A stretch of DNA of 64,000 nucleotides from a bacterium (lineage in GTDB: Bacteria; Bacillota; Negativicutes; Veillonellales; Megasphaeraceae): positions 18,894 through 82,893 of the forward strand of contig CAVKEA010000002.1 in assembly GCA_963655305.1 (NCBI GenBank), in the 5' to 3' direction. The position numbers were made by a program, and so were the translations under genes. The notes beneath the pieces are model-generated. The model did not search any database, was not told where the DNA came from, and saw only the letters and a list, made by a program, of their open reading frames with translations. This document shows positions 24,314-33,551 of the stretch, piece after piece; position 1 is the stretch's first letter; each line of letters begins with the position of its first letter.

Positions 24314-24355
24314 TCACCTCGTATTCACACGAGCGGTTATATCTCCCTAAAAAAG

Positions 24356-24395
24356 AAAAGGCTCATAGACAATCGTCTATGGCCTTTTCTTTTTT
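24356..24395. terminator. Bidirectional intrinsic terminator between gdhA and the convergent M20 gene
   Basis: The sequence reads AAAAGGCTCATAGAC-AATC-GTCTATGGCCTTTTCTTTTTT, with an A-run on one side and a T-run on the other. Confidence 0.75.
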
Positions 24396-24407
24396 GCTGC
24401 GCCAATA

Positions 24408-25571
24408 TTATATATTATTTTCCTGCAGAAACTCTTCTCGAATAGCTCGCCGCAGCGGTTCTTCTGCTGCCAATTTCAACACCAAACGGCCCATGATTTC
24501 TGCTCCTTGGCGAATAGTATTTTCGATAGAAGGGCTTTTTACCATATTGGCTATTTGTACGGAATGTTCCGGGCAAGCCGTCGTCCCCATCGCTAAATGC
24601 AAATGCAGAGCCGGACATTGATGACTTACATTTCCTATGTCTGAACTGCCGCAGTCATTCGTGTTTTTATATGGAATGTTCATTTCATCCAAAACGGCTT
24701 CAACAACCTGCGTTGCTGCCTGATTCCAAATCATATTGTCAAACTTATATCCTACCTGTCTGACATCATAAGTGGTATCCGTCGCTATCGCTGCCCCTTC
24801 AAAACATTTCATAATTTTGGCTACGACCGTATCCAGATAAGCTCTTTCCGTATGCCGGATGCAGCATTCCAGCTCCGCATAGTCCGGAATAATATTCGAT
24901 GCCGTTCCGCCTTGCACCATGTAGACGCCAATACGCGTTTCCGGCCGTACATGCTGGCGCAGCATGTCAATAGCATGCATTGCTAATACAGCGCCATTCA
25001 GCGCATTGCGGCCATTCCACGGCTCACTGGCTGCATGCGCAGTCTGCCCATGAAATGCAATACGGTAATCATCTAACGCTAAAAAGTGAGAATTAGATGT
25101 GGTTTTATTGGGAGACATATGAATCATCACAGCCAGGTCATACGCTTTAAATACATCTTCTTCACACATGCCGACTTTGCCGCCATGAAGTTCTTCATCC
25201 GGCGTTCCCAATACATCTATGTCAACCGGTATATCCATATGCTGCAGCGCAGCCGCTGCCAAAAAACTAATGGCACCGCTTGCCGAATGGCCGCATCCAT
25301 GCCCTACACCCGGCAGTGCGTCATATTCTGCCAACAGGGCAATTTTCATTACAGGCTTTTCGACACGGCGAACCACTGCTTTAAAAGCCGTCGGCTCGTT
25401 GGCAAAATGTTCCGTTACTTCCATCCCCAACGAACGGCACAATGCGGCATATGCAGCGCACGCATGGTACTCTTGCCCCGATAATTCCGGGTCATTGGCA
25501 ATCTGATAATTTAATGCAAACGCCTTCCTTTCATATTCTCTAATATATTTCAACATCAAATCTACAGACAT
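24408..25571 (-). CDS. M20-family amidohydrolase/peptidase (AbgB / PM20D2-like)
   Basis: The 387-aa ORF has a metal-ligand region (GHGCGHS) and a dimerisation-domain layout typical of M20D amidohydrolases. Confidence 0.75.
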   Translation of the reverse strand: MSVDLMLKYIREYERKAFALNYQIANDPELSGQEYHACAAYAALCRSLGMEVTEHFANEPTAFKAVVRRVEKPVMKIALLAEYDALPGVGHGCGHSASGAISFLAAAALQHMDIPVDIDVLGTPDEELHGGKVGMCEEDVFKAYDLAVMIHMSPNKTTSNSHFLALDDYRIAFHGQTAHAASEPWNGRNALNGAVLAMHAIDMLRQHVRPETRIGVYMVQGGTASNIIPDYAELECCIRHTERAYLDTVVAKIMKCFEGAAIATDTTYDVRQVGYKFDNMIWNQAATQVVEAVLDEMNIPYKNTNDCGSSDIGNVSHQCPALHLHLAMGTTACPEHSVQIANMVKSPSIENTIRQGAEIMGRLVLKLAAEEPLRRAIREEFLQENNI

Positions 25572-25593
25572 GACATCCTCCTGTAACTATATT

Positions 25594-26544
25594 TTACCAC
25601 TGCAATATAAACATATATAACGGAATAACAATCAGCCCCAACAGTACCGAAAGAAAGCTGACCTGCGTCGAATAACGAACATCAGCGCCTACTGCCTTGG
25701 CAACTACCGTCATTTGCGTCATAGCCGGCATGCTGGCCTGCATGGAAAAGACCTGCGCCGACATAGGCGTAACCGGAATCAGCGGCAGCAGCACCAGCAC
25801 ACAAAGGGGACAAACGATAAACCGGCCTGCCAAAGCACCTATCAAGTCCCTGTCCCAATGCACATCTGCCAGCGAAATGCCGCTCATTTCAATGCCAATG
25901 ACCATCAGTGACAACGGTGTCGCCATATTGCCTACATACTGAAACGATACCAGCAAAAAATCAGGCAAGGGAATATCTGCTATAATGAGCAGCAATCCAG
26001 CCAAAAATCCCAATAACGGCGGCGATAATACTTTTTTTATCGTTTGCAGCGAAAATAACGGCATCTTTTCGCTGCCGCCAGTACTGTCATTGACAATATG
26101 ATAGACGCCCAGCGTCCAAAACATCGTCGTGTTAGCCATGTAATAGAGCATCACAGACGGTACGCTTTGCGTGCCAAACAACGCCAGGTTGACAGGCAGG
26201 CCAATAAAAATCGTATTGGCAATAAAAAAGCAGGTAATAAACACACCTTGCCGATCTTTCCGTATATGCAGCACCTTAACCGCTATCCTCCCTGCAACAT
26301 ATGCCAATAAAATAGAGGACACAGGCAACAGCAAATCCGGCGCAATCTGCAGCAGTGAATCGTGAGTAAAATCCTTTTTCAACTGACACAACATATACAG
26401 CGGCAATGCTATTTTCATAACCAGCTTGGTCAACAGGGCACTCGTATCCGCCGCAAACCAACCTTTTTTCGCTAAAACAAAGCCAATACCAATCATAAAT
26501 AATATTTCAAAAATTCCTTGCAGGCCATGAATCATTCCCGCCAT
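25594..26544 (-). CDS. AEC (auxin efflux carrier) family transporter
   Basis: The 316-aa polytopic ORF has an N-terminus (FEILFMIGIGFVLAKKGWF) typical of the Mem_trans family. Confidence 0.75.
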   Translation of the reverse strand: MAGMIHGLQGIFEILFMIGIGFVLAKKGWFAADTSALLTKLVMKIALPLYMLCQLKKDFTHDSLLQIAPDLLLPVSSILLAYVAGRIAVKVLHIRKDRQGVFITCFFIANTIFIGLPVNLALFGTQSVPSVMLYYMANTTMFWTLGVYHIVNDSTGGSEKMPLFSLQTIKKVLSPPLLGFLAGLLLIIADIPLPDFLLVSFQYVGNMATPLSLMVIGIEMSGISLADVHWDRDLIGALAGRFIVCPLCVLVLLPLIPVTPMSAQVFSMQASMPAMTQMTVVAKAVGADVRYSTQVSFLSVLLGLIVIPLYMFILQW

Positions 26545-26558
26545 ACCAATCGCTTCCT

Positions 26559-27341
26559 TTAAATCTGATATAATTCTGGCCGTCTGTCGCGAAATACATT
26601 TAGATTTTCACGAATAGACGCAATGCCGTCTATATCCACATCAGCCGTTACTATCGTCGGGGCTTCTTTTGCTTCTCCCAATACCGCTCCCAATGGGTCA
26701 ATAATCATAGAATGACCGCCAAAATGAAAAGATCCTGCAATGCCGCAGTTATTGACTGCCACTACAACCATTTGATTTTCAATGGCTCTGGCACGATTTA
26801 AAATCTGCCAATGATCTATGCGCACATCCGGCCAGGCTGCCGGTACAAAAAGCACCTTCGCGCCTGCCAGCGCGGCCATACGGACCCATTCTGCAAACCG
26901 CAGATCATAACAAATAATAGAAGCCATCGTAATACCGTCCAACGTAAAAACATTTAATCTATTGCCGGCATGAAAGGCTCTATCTTCACCTCCCGGCGTG
27001 AAAACATGTACTTTATCATACGTACCTGCTATCTCTCCCTGACGATTGACTACATACGTCGTATTGTATATGCCATCCGCTTTGCAGTTGGCTACAGAAC
27101 CTCCTACGATATGGATATGATATGTTTTGGCCAACGACGTTAAAAACGCTTTGGTTCGTCTACCGTCATCATCGGCTAATTGCTGCACATTGGTCGGATA
27201 AAAAGACGTGTTCCACATTTCAGGCAGCACGACAATATCGGCACCGGTATGCGCAGCCTGAATTATCGCTTTTTCTGCTGTTTTGTAATTAATATCTACA
27301 GCTCCCAATACAACATCTAGCTGAACTGCTGCAAATTTCAT
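26559..27341 (-). CDS. Carbon-nitrogen hydrolase (nitrilase superfamily) protein
   Basis: The ORF reads MKFAAVQLDV...LPEMW...ICYDLRF, consistent with the E-K-C triad context. The start is moved to the ATG at 27341, which is preceded by GAAGGTG. Confidence 0.8.
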   Translation of the reverse strand: MKFAAVQLDVVLGAVDINYKTAEKAIIQAAHTGADIVVLPEMWNTSFYPTNVQQLADDDGRRTKAFLTSLAKTYHIHIVGGSVANCKADGIYNTTYVVNRQGEIAGTYDKVHVFTPGGEDRAFHAGNRLNVFTLDGITMASIICYDLRFAEWVRMAALAGAKVLFVPAAWPDVRIDHWQILNRARAIENQMVVVAVNNCGIAGSFHFGGHSMIIDPLGAVLGEAKEAPTIVTADVDIDGIASIRENLNVFRDRRPELYQI

Positions 27342-27903
27342 AGATACACCTTCTTTCTTCATACGTTTATAATGTAAAATTATAAAAGAGTTATGTTCAA
27401 AATACAATATAAAGCATGATAACTTTTATAAATGAGTTCACGTATCTATTGTCTTGAAAAATAAGGCATATCTTGGTATAGTTTATAATAGGTTGGTGAA
27501 TCCAGATAAAAAGTAAAAAATTGAAACGTTCATTATATATATACACATATATAGGTAATAAATTGAAGAATCCATCACACCAAGAAAAAAGTATATATCT
27601 GAATTCAAGATAAAGATTATATTGTATTGTTAACTTTTCAAGTCAATAAACAGCTTAATGTCAACAGTTTCAAAAATGGCCTGAATCCAAACAAGATTCA
27701 GAAACGGGACGTGAATTTGTTCAATATGTTCATCTTACTTTTAGTACAAATGTTGAGCATAAGGTTATTCAGGGAAAAGAAGATAACCTTATACTGAAAA
27801 TAGGATTTTAGTTTTTCCTAAATAATTATTATTGTAGAATATTTGTTAGAAATAACACAAATCATTAATGTATTAAATTATAATTAAAATGAGGATATAT
27901 GAT

Positions 27904-28533
27904 ATGAAAAAGAAACTATTTCTTATTATGGTTGTTGGAATTAGTGTATGCATGAACATAACCATATTTGCAGCTGTTCACGGTGTTCATGAAGAAAAAA
28001 CGAATTGGAAACTCGACTATCCTGTAGTTACAATAGAAAGCAATCCCAACGTGCAGAATCTGATCAACGAAGATCTTGGCAGATATATTGCAAACTTAAA
28101 AACTGACTTTGCACAAGGAAGATTTTATAATGGCGGAGGCCATTATAAAGTGCACTATGAAGGCAGTGACATACTATCTATATCTCTCTACCTTACGCGA
28201 TATCCGTATGGTGCCAATGGGGAGCATACCCGTGCTGTGAGTATTGTGTATGATAAGCATACTGGAAAACGGATACCGCTATATAACTATGTCCACGTAA
28301 CACCAAAAGATCTAGATTATTATAAAAACGGGCATACATACACACAGTCAGGAGAAAAATTAGAATACAAACACCTATGGCACGAGCCCATCAAGTGTGT
28401 TCCAGAAAATTATTTTCTTCCGGGAGATGGCTCTGTATGCCTTGTTTTTAAACCATATGAACTATCTTCTGGAATTACGTACATCAAATTAGATCCTCGT
28501 TATATCGATTACCTAAATAGAAAAAATAAATGA
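27904..28533 (+). CDS. Secreted DUF4163/DUF3298-like (RsiV/PdaC C-terminal domain-like) protein
   Basis: It has a signal peptide (MKKKLFLIMVVGISVCMNITIFA). The blocks YPVVTIESNPNVQNLINEDL, YPYGANGEH...YDKHTGKRIPL and VCLVFKPYEL resemble that family. The assignment is from memory only. Confidence 0.55.
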   Translation: MKKKLFLIMVVGISVCMNITIFAAVHGVHEEKTNWKLDYPVVTIESNPNVQNLINEDLGRYIANLKTDFAQGRFYNGGGHYKVHYEGSDILSISLYLTRYPYGANGEHTRAVSIVYDKHTGKRIPLYNYVHVTPKDLDYYKNGHTYTQSGEKLEYKHLWHEPIKCVPENYFLPGDGSVCLVFKPYELSSGITYIKLDPRYIDYLNRKNK

Positions 28534-28554
28534 TGATACAGGAGAGTATGGAAT

Positions 28555-29025
28555 ATGAAAAAAATTTTATTTGGTATTCTATTTTTTATTATGCAGGGTT
28601 TTATAACGGTTGGTGCTGTCAATATAAATGATTTGCAGGATACATCACGGTATATTAAACAAGGAGATTCGATTACGCTAGATGTTTACATTGATCGGAA
28701 TTCTGTAGTCGTAGTCCGATATGCTCCTCCTTATTATGTTATTCAGGGAAAAATAATTTATGTAGACTATCCAGCAAATGAACTTTGGGAATCCATTGAA
28801 AAATATTATTATGATTATTCATCAAAAGATATGAAAATGCAAAATATCCAATTGACAACATATACCTTTAATGGCGAACAGATAGACTTGGATAACTTCC
28901 AATCGAATCTATATTATCGTACGCCATCTTCGGTTTCATGGGGAAGTAATGGTTTTTCATGTGGAAATATATTGTTTTATTTATGTTATAATATGCTTTT
29001 TGATGATAATAAGCCAACGATTTAG
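28555..29025 (+). CDS. Small secreted hypothetical protein
   Basis: The 156-aa ORF has a good RBS (AGGAG) and an N-terminal signal-like segment (MKKILFGILFFIMQGFITVGA). I recognise no family. Confidence 0.6.
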   Translation: MKKILFGILFFIMQGFITVGAVNINDLQDTSRYIKQGDSITLDVYIDRNSVVVVRYAPPYYVIQGKIIYVDYPANELWESIEKYYYDYSSKDMKMQNIQLTTYTFNGEQIDLDNFQSNLYYRTPSSVSWGSNGFSCGNILFYLCYNMLFDDNKPTI

Positions 29026-29094
29026 GCTGTTCTTGAATAAATGGCCCAATTAAAAACGTATAAAATCATATATACAAGGAGTTCAATAATAAGT

Positions 29095-29376
29095 ATGAAT
29101 ACTATAAAAAGACATCGTTTTATGACTATTCAGGCACGATGCATAGTCATTATATTACTTGTACTTATTTTTACCTGTTTTATTACAATAGGAGAAGGAT
29201 GTTTGCCACAAGCAGGAAATTTTTTACCTCCAAAAATTCCGAAAGAAGACCAGGATATATTTGGTAAAGGAGCAAAGAGCAGTCTTCGGGAATGGAGTGA
29301 AGAAGAATTACAACAGGCTAGGACAATCAGCTATGAATTAAAGATACAACAACTCACAAAAAAAATAAATCTTTAA
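29095..29376 (+). CDS. Membrane-anchored coiled-coil hypothetical protein; the frame stops just after an A8 tract and continues in the -1 frame to 29525
   Basis: The ORF has a TM segment (IVIILLVLIFTCFITIG). The start is uncertain (ATG at 29095, 12 nt after AAGGAG). See the finding on the slippery A AAA AAA site. Confidence 0.5.
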   Translation: MNTIKRHRFMTIQARCIVIILLVLIFTCFITIGEGCLPQAGNFLPPKIPKEDQDIFGKGAKSSLREWSEEELQQARTISYELKIQQLTKKINL

Positions 29377-29589
29377 CCCAACAAATAGAAGAATTCCCTA
29401 CGCAAATCGCTTCACTAGAACATGAAATTAAATTTTATCAAGTTGCTTTAGGCATTTTAGGAGTTAGCAATATTCTGTGCATTATAATAATTTATCGGAT
29501 AAAGCATATTTCCCAAAAATCGTAACAGGCAAATAGTTAAAACGTTAAATAAATTGCTCTATTAATTACGAAGAAAGAGGTAATGGTAA

Positions 29590-30048
29590 ATGAAAAGTAT
29601 TTCACAGTATATAATAGCGATCATTGTAGGAATTATGACAACTTGTATTGTATATTATGACCACTTTGTTTATTTTCCTACCAAGCTCTCTATTGCAGAA
29701 ACGAAAGCTCGTCAGGAAGCGGAACGACAATATAGTAAACAATTGGATGAAGAAAAACAAAAAGTCTCTTCTCTACAAGAAAAGCTAGATAAAACAACAC
29801 GGAGTTTAAATGATGCATATACTGAAATTGATAATAAAGATATCAAAATTCAAAATATGGAAAATTATAAAACCCCTTCGGATATCAACATACCTTATTA
29901 TACCTTCGAATATGATGATTATGGCGATTCCAATCAGTACCAAGAATTAGAAGATCAGAACCGCGAATATGAGTCAACTATTTCAGATTTAGAGAGTAGA
30001 TTGCGTAAAACAGAAGATGAATTAGAACAGCTGCGTTATTCGCAATAA
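29590..30048 (+). CDS. Membrane-anchored coiled-coil hypothetical protein with an acidic C-terminal half
   Basis: The 152-aa ORF has an RBS (AGAGG), an N-terminal TM (YIIAIIVGIMTTCIVYY) and heptad-like E/K/Q-rich sequence. Confidence 0.6.
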   Translation: MKSISQYIIAIIVGIMTTCIVYYDHFVYFPTKLSIAETKARQEAERQYSKQLDEEKQKVSSLQEKLDKTTRSLNDAYTEIDNKDIKIQNMENYKTPSDINIPYYTFEYDDYGDSNQYQELEDQNREYESTISDLESRLRKTEDELEQLRYSQ

Positions 30049-30079
30049 ACGAATTTCGTATACAGGAGATGAATGATAT

Positions 30080-30604
30080 ATGATAGCACAAGTATTTCGT
30101 ATAAGTATGCCCATTATGTTGTGGCTATTGGTTATTATCAGCGAGGTGTCTGCCAATGACATTACAGTACATAATTTTCGCCAAGAATGTCGCATTGGAC
30201 CGATTGGGGTAACTGATCGATTTGATATGAATATATTAAATCGGCTATTTGGTCCTATTTCTGGAAAAGTTGTACAACAACGTTTTGGCATAGGCAATGC
30301 TGGGCGTTACATGATAATACCTTTTCAGAATGTCAAAATAACAGTTGTAGATGATTCGTTGGCTTCTATTCGAGTATCTGAAACTATTTCACAGGATGGT
30401 ACTGCTATGGGAACACCAAGGGGAATCGTGGTTGGGCATAGTTTAGATACGGTATTTAGATTGTATGGAACCCCGTTTAAGACTTGGAAAAATAATGGCT
30501 GTATTGTATATGTATATGGAAATTATGATGTAGGGCTTTCGTTTTGGGTAAATCCTGTTACGAATAAAGTAGTACAAATTGGAGCCTATATTCCGACGTG
30601 TTAA
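30080..30604 (+). CDS. Small secreted hypothetical protein
   Basis: The 174-aa ORF has an RBS (AGGAG) and a signal-like segment (MPIMLWLLVIISEVSA). I recognise no family. Confidence 0.6.
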   Translation: MIAQVFRISMPIMLWLLVIISEVSANDITVHNFRQECRIGPIGVTDRFDMNILNRLFGPISGKVVQQRFGIGNAGRYMIIPFQNVKITVVDDSLASIRVSETISQDGTAMGTPRGIVVGHSLDTVFRLYGTPFKTWKNNGCIVYVYGNYDVGLSFWVNPVTNKVVQIGAYIPTC

Positions 30605-30847
30605 TATTAAATAAATTATATTGCTGCAGGGACAATATATATAAGATATTTGACTGATATTTCCGACAGTATGGAAACAAAACATATCATCCATGCCGTA
30701 TAGAAAACGGTTAAAGAGTGCGGAGTTCCAGCCATTATCAATTTCAATCAGAGCAGTCAGTTTACCAATTACAAAGAAATCCTTCGTAATCTGAATATCT
30801 GGCAAAGTATAGATGTCAGGAATCGTTGAGCTGTTAATATTATGATT

Positions 30848-30969
30848 GGACTGTGGTCCGCAGTCTAAAAACAACATCTATCTTAACGAGTACCGTATAT
30901 CAAGAGAGCTTTACCAACTGATTAATCAATACATGGATGATTACAACATCACACACATGAAACAATAAG
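30848..30969 (+). pseudogene. Possible C-terminal remnant of a DDE (IS3/IS481-like) transposase
   Basis: The short frame reads DCGPQSKNNIYLNEYRISRELYQLINQYMDDYNITHMKQ*. This resembles the end of integrase-core transposases (P-Q-x-N...Y-N). There is no start codon and upstream stops are present. Confidence 0.3.
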
Positions 30970-31107
30970 CTATAAGATATCTAATGAACGCTACTTTTTC
31001 TACTTAAGATAATTTATCTAGTGACATATTTTAAGATTTTAACAAATGGGCTTGACAATAGCCCCATTATAGTTAAAGTAGTTTCTATACTAAAGGATGT
31101 GGTGGAA

Positions 31108-31620
31108 ATGGCAAAATTAAAAAAGACGAATGTCATGCGGATTTTAGACAAACAAAAAATTCCGTATGTGGCAAAAGCTTATGACTATACAGAAGAAGAC
31201 CTTTCCGGCATACACGCTGCGGCAGAACTCGGCATGAGTCCGGGGCACGTATTTAAAACACTCGTCGGACAGGGAAATAAAACAGGCCCTGTCGTCTTCT
31301 GCATTCCCAGCGATAAAGAATTGGATTTAAAAAAAGCCGCTTCCTGCAGCGGCAACAAAAGCGTACAGCTCCTGCATGTCAAAGACCTTCCCGGCCTTAC
31401 AGGCTATATCCGCGGCGGCTGTTCCCCCATTGGCATGAAAAAGCAGTTTCCTACCTATCTGGATATCTCTGCTGCACACTGCGATACGATAAGTCTCAGT
31501 GCCGGTATGCGCGGACAGCAGGTTTTAGTCGCGCCGCAAAAAGTCGCGGATTTGCTGGGCGCCGTACTGTGCGACTTAACCATACAAAATATTATATTGA
31601 CGGAAGGAAGAGTGCGATGA
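31108..31620 (+). CDS. ybaK: Cys-tRNA(Pro)/Cys-tRNA(Cys) deacylase YbaK
   Basis: The ORF reads MAKLKKTNVMRILDKQKIPY...FKTL...GGCSPIG, typical of YbaK/EbsC. The start is moved to the ATG at 31108. Confidence 0.85.
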   Translation: MAKLKKTNVMRILDKQKIPYVAKAYDYTEEDLSGIHAAAELGMSPGHVFKTLVGQGNKTGPVVFCIPSDKELDLKKAASCSGNKSVQLLHVKDLPGLTGYIRGGCSPIGMKKQFPTYLDISAAHCDTISLSAGMRGQQVLVAPQKVADLLGAVLCDLTIQNIILTEGRVR

Positions 31621-32276
31621 CAAATGAAGAAATGAAACCATGGCTGCAGGACCTCATGCAGTGTACAGCCTGCAAACTGCGCCATGAAGGAAACCGAGGC
31701 CCTACACGTTACTCTGGAGATGTCAATTCTCCCCTTATGTTTGTCGGTGAAGGACCTGGCGGTGTGGAAGATGAATACGGCGTTCCTCTCGTAGGACCGT
31801 CGGGTCAATTATTGGATAAAGCCTTGTGGAGTGTCGGCCTTACACGCGACCATGTCTACGTGACGAACATTGTCAAATGCCGGCCGCAAAACAACCGCAC
31901 GCCGACCTTGGAAGAGGGTAAATTCTGTGCCAATATCCATCTAATCAAAGAAATCGAACTCATCCATCCCAAAGTCATTGTTTGTCTTGGCAAAGTCGCT
32001 TTTCAATATTTCTATGGACGCACAGCCAGCATTATGCACAACCGGGGCAAATGGTTTGACTATCACGGCATTCCCGTTATGCCGACATATCATCCGGCAT
32101 TTCTCCTGCGCCAAACAGGAAAAAATCTCGTCGAATCCAAATGGCAGGTCTACTATGATTTCAAAGCGGCTGTAGAAAAAGCAAAGGAAGCCATGCCGGA
32201 CTATACATACCAAAGCCCGGAAAAGCCGGATTTACTAACACAATACGCTGCGTTAAAAGAAACTCGTCATTTTTAA
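31617..32276 (+). CDS. Uracil-DNA glycosylase, family 4
   Basis: The ORF has the GEGPGGVEDEYGVPLVGPSG motif and Fe-S cysteines (CTAC, KCRP). Its ATG overlaps the ybaK stop (ATGA). Confidence 0.88.
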   Translation: MTNEEMKPWLQDLMQCTACKLRHEGNRGPTRYSGDVNSPLMFVGEGPGGVEDEYGVPLVGPSGQLLDKALWSVGLTRDHVYVTNIVKCRPQNNRTPTLEEGKFCANIHLIKEIELIHPKVIVCLGKVAFQYFYGRTASIMHNRGKWFDYHGIPVMPTYHPAFLLRQTGKNLVESKWQVYYDFKAAVEKAKEAMPDYTYQSPEKPDLLTQYAALKETRHF

Positions 32277-32325
32277 TTTTTTCTTTACAAGTACCTATGT
32301 ATTCTGTTATACTATATGAGTACTT

Positions 32326-32399
32326 GCGGGTGTAATTCAGTGGTAGAATACGAGCTTCCCAAGCTTGGTACGAGGGTTCGATCCCCTTCATCCGCTCCA
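32326..32399 (+). tRNA. tRNA-Gly (anticodon CCC), CCA encoded
   Basis: A manual cloverleaf fits. The acceptor is GCGGGTG/CATCCGC, the D arm ATTC/GAAT, the anticodon stem CGAGC/GCTTG with loop TTCCCAA, and the T arm GAGGG-TTCGATC-CCCTT. Total length is 74 nt. Confidence 0.9.
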
Positions 32400-32405
32400 T
32401 AATAC

Positions 32406-32458
32406 AAAAGAGAGCTGTCGCATACGATGTTTTTGCACGATACGGCAGCTCTCTTTTT
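32406..32458 (+). terminator. Intrinsic terminator after tRNA-Gly
   Basis: A long hairpin (AAAGAGAGCTGTCGCATACGATG-TTTT-TGCACGATACGGCAGCTCTCTTT) is followed by TTT. Confidence 0.75.
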
Positions 32459-32690
32459 AGTTGCGTGAAAGAATGTAAAAATTTCATCTGTCTATTGAAC
32501 TACAACAACAGGGCTGCAACAAAATGAAAATGTTTCATTTATTTTGTCACAGCCCTATTACTATACCATTTTATGTGTATAGTCTGCAGCACTACTACTT
32601 ATTTTTCAAACTTCAAACAAAAAACTAAAAACGTTTAAGAGAAAAGCATAGCACATAGCAGCAAAAACGTTATGTTGCATTCCCTTTTGG

Positions 32691-33551
32691 CTAACAGGAT
32701 GTTGTTGTTTTTGTCAATACCTTTTCAATCCATTTCGCAAATAATTCGCTGACGGTCAAGCGTTTATCATCATAAGCATGATTGGTGTTCAATGTATCAT
32801 ACGCCTGCAGGGCATCCGTCGTATGCTGCTGCAGCTGATTCCACAGCGGTTCAATCATCTTTGCTGCCGGTGCCACATCATCCTGCAAGGCGCCGATAAA
32901 ATACAGGTTGCGGTCTTTTAAGTCTTCATATGCCTGGAAAATACCATAGCCTTCTTGGCAGCAGCACGCTATATTTTGATAAATCGCTGCCGGTGATTCA
33001 ATATGCAGCGCATAGAGGTTTTCATCAATGACTTGTTTCATCGGTTCCGTGTCCTGATGCAGCGGCCAGTATACCAAATCATACGGAGACATGACAGCCG
33101 TGCCGCGAATCCATGGCAGCCGCCGCGTCGCATTGATAGAAACAAAGCCGCCCATACTGTGTCCTACAAAAAAGATGTTGTCTCTGTCAATATGGTACTT
33201 TGCCGCCGTTTCTTCTTGATGTGCCCATTCTGCCACACAAACAGCATCATCAACAGCCCCGGAAAACGTATAATTGCCCTGGCTTCCCCAACTGCCGCGA
33301 TAGAAAAAGCTGATAACCACGAGGCCCGTACGCCGCAGGCTTTGTGCCATATCAAACGTGGCAGCAAATCCGGGAAAACCGTGCAACAAAATAACACACG
33401 GATACGTCTGGTCTTTTTTGCCGCCAGGAATCAATGCCGTTCCGTACATTTGAGAACCGCCGTTGGAAAATACCAGTGATTCCAACGATGCGCTGCGTTC
33501 TTCCGCTTCCCACTGGGGGTCATTTTTTATATTTTCTATATTTAATTTCAT
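32691..33551 (-). CDS. Alpha/beta hydrolase
   Basis: The ORF has the nucleophile elbow GHSMGG and the block ILLHGFPG. The start is moved to the ATG at 33551, which is preceded by GGAGAT. Confidence 0.8.
   Translation of the reverse strand: MKLNIENIKNDPQWEAEERSASLESLVFSNGGSQMYGTALIPGGKKDQTYPCVILLHGFPGFAATFDMAQSLRRTGLVVISFFYRGSWGSQGNYTFSGAVDDAVCVAEWAHQEETAAKYHIDRDNIFFVGHSMGGFVSINATRRLPWIRGTAVMSPYDLVYWPLHQDTEPMKQVIDENLYALHIESPAAIYQNIACCCQEGYGIFQAYEDLKDRNLYFIGALQDDVAPAAKMIEPLWNQLQQHTTDALQAYDTLNTNHAYDDKRLTVSELFAKWIEKVLTKTTTSC

Noticed and set aside
30443-30877. A 144-aa minus-strand ORF at the right end of the AT-rich island.
   Set aside because: Its 3' half overlaps the well-supported plus-strand 30080-30604 gene. 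The remainder lies in degenerate transposase-remnant DNA. The shared LDCGPQS peptide on both strands comes from the near-palindrome GACTGTGGTCCGCAGTC, not from a real gene.
32161-32487. A 108-aa minus-strand ORF.
   Set aside because: It overlaps the tRNA-Gly gene and its terminator on the opposite strand, has no RBS and is not protein-like.
32510-32556. A long hairpin (AGGGCTG-CAACAAAATGAAA...TTTCATTTATTTTG-TCACAGCCCT) downstream of the alpha/beta hydrolase gene.
   Set aside because: I considered it as that gene's terminator or a small RNA. It lacks a flanking T-run on either strand and I have no conservation data, so it remains an unexplained structure rather than a called feature.
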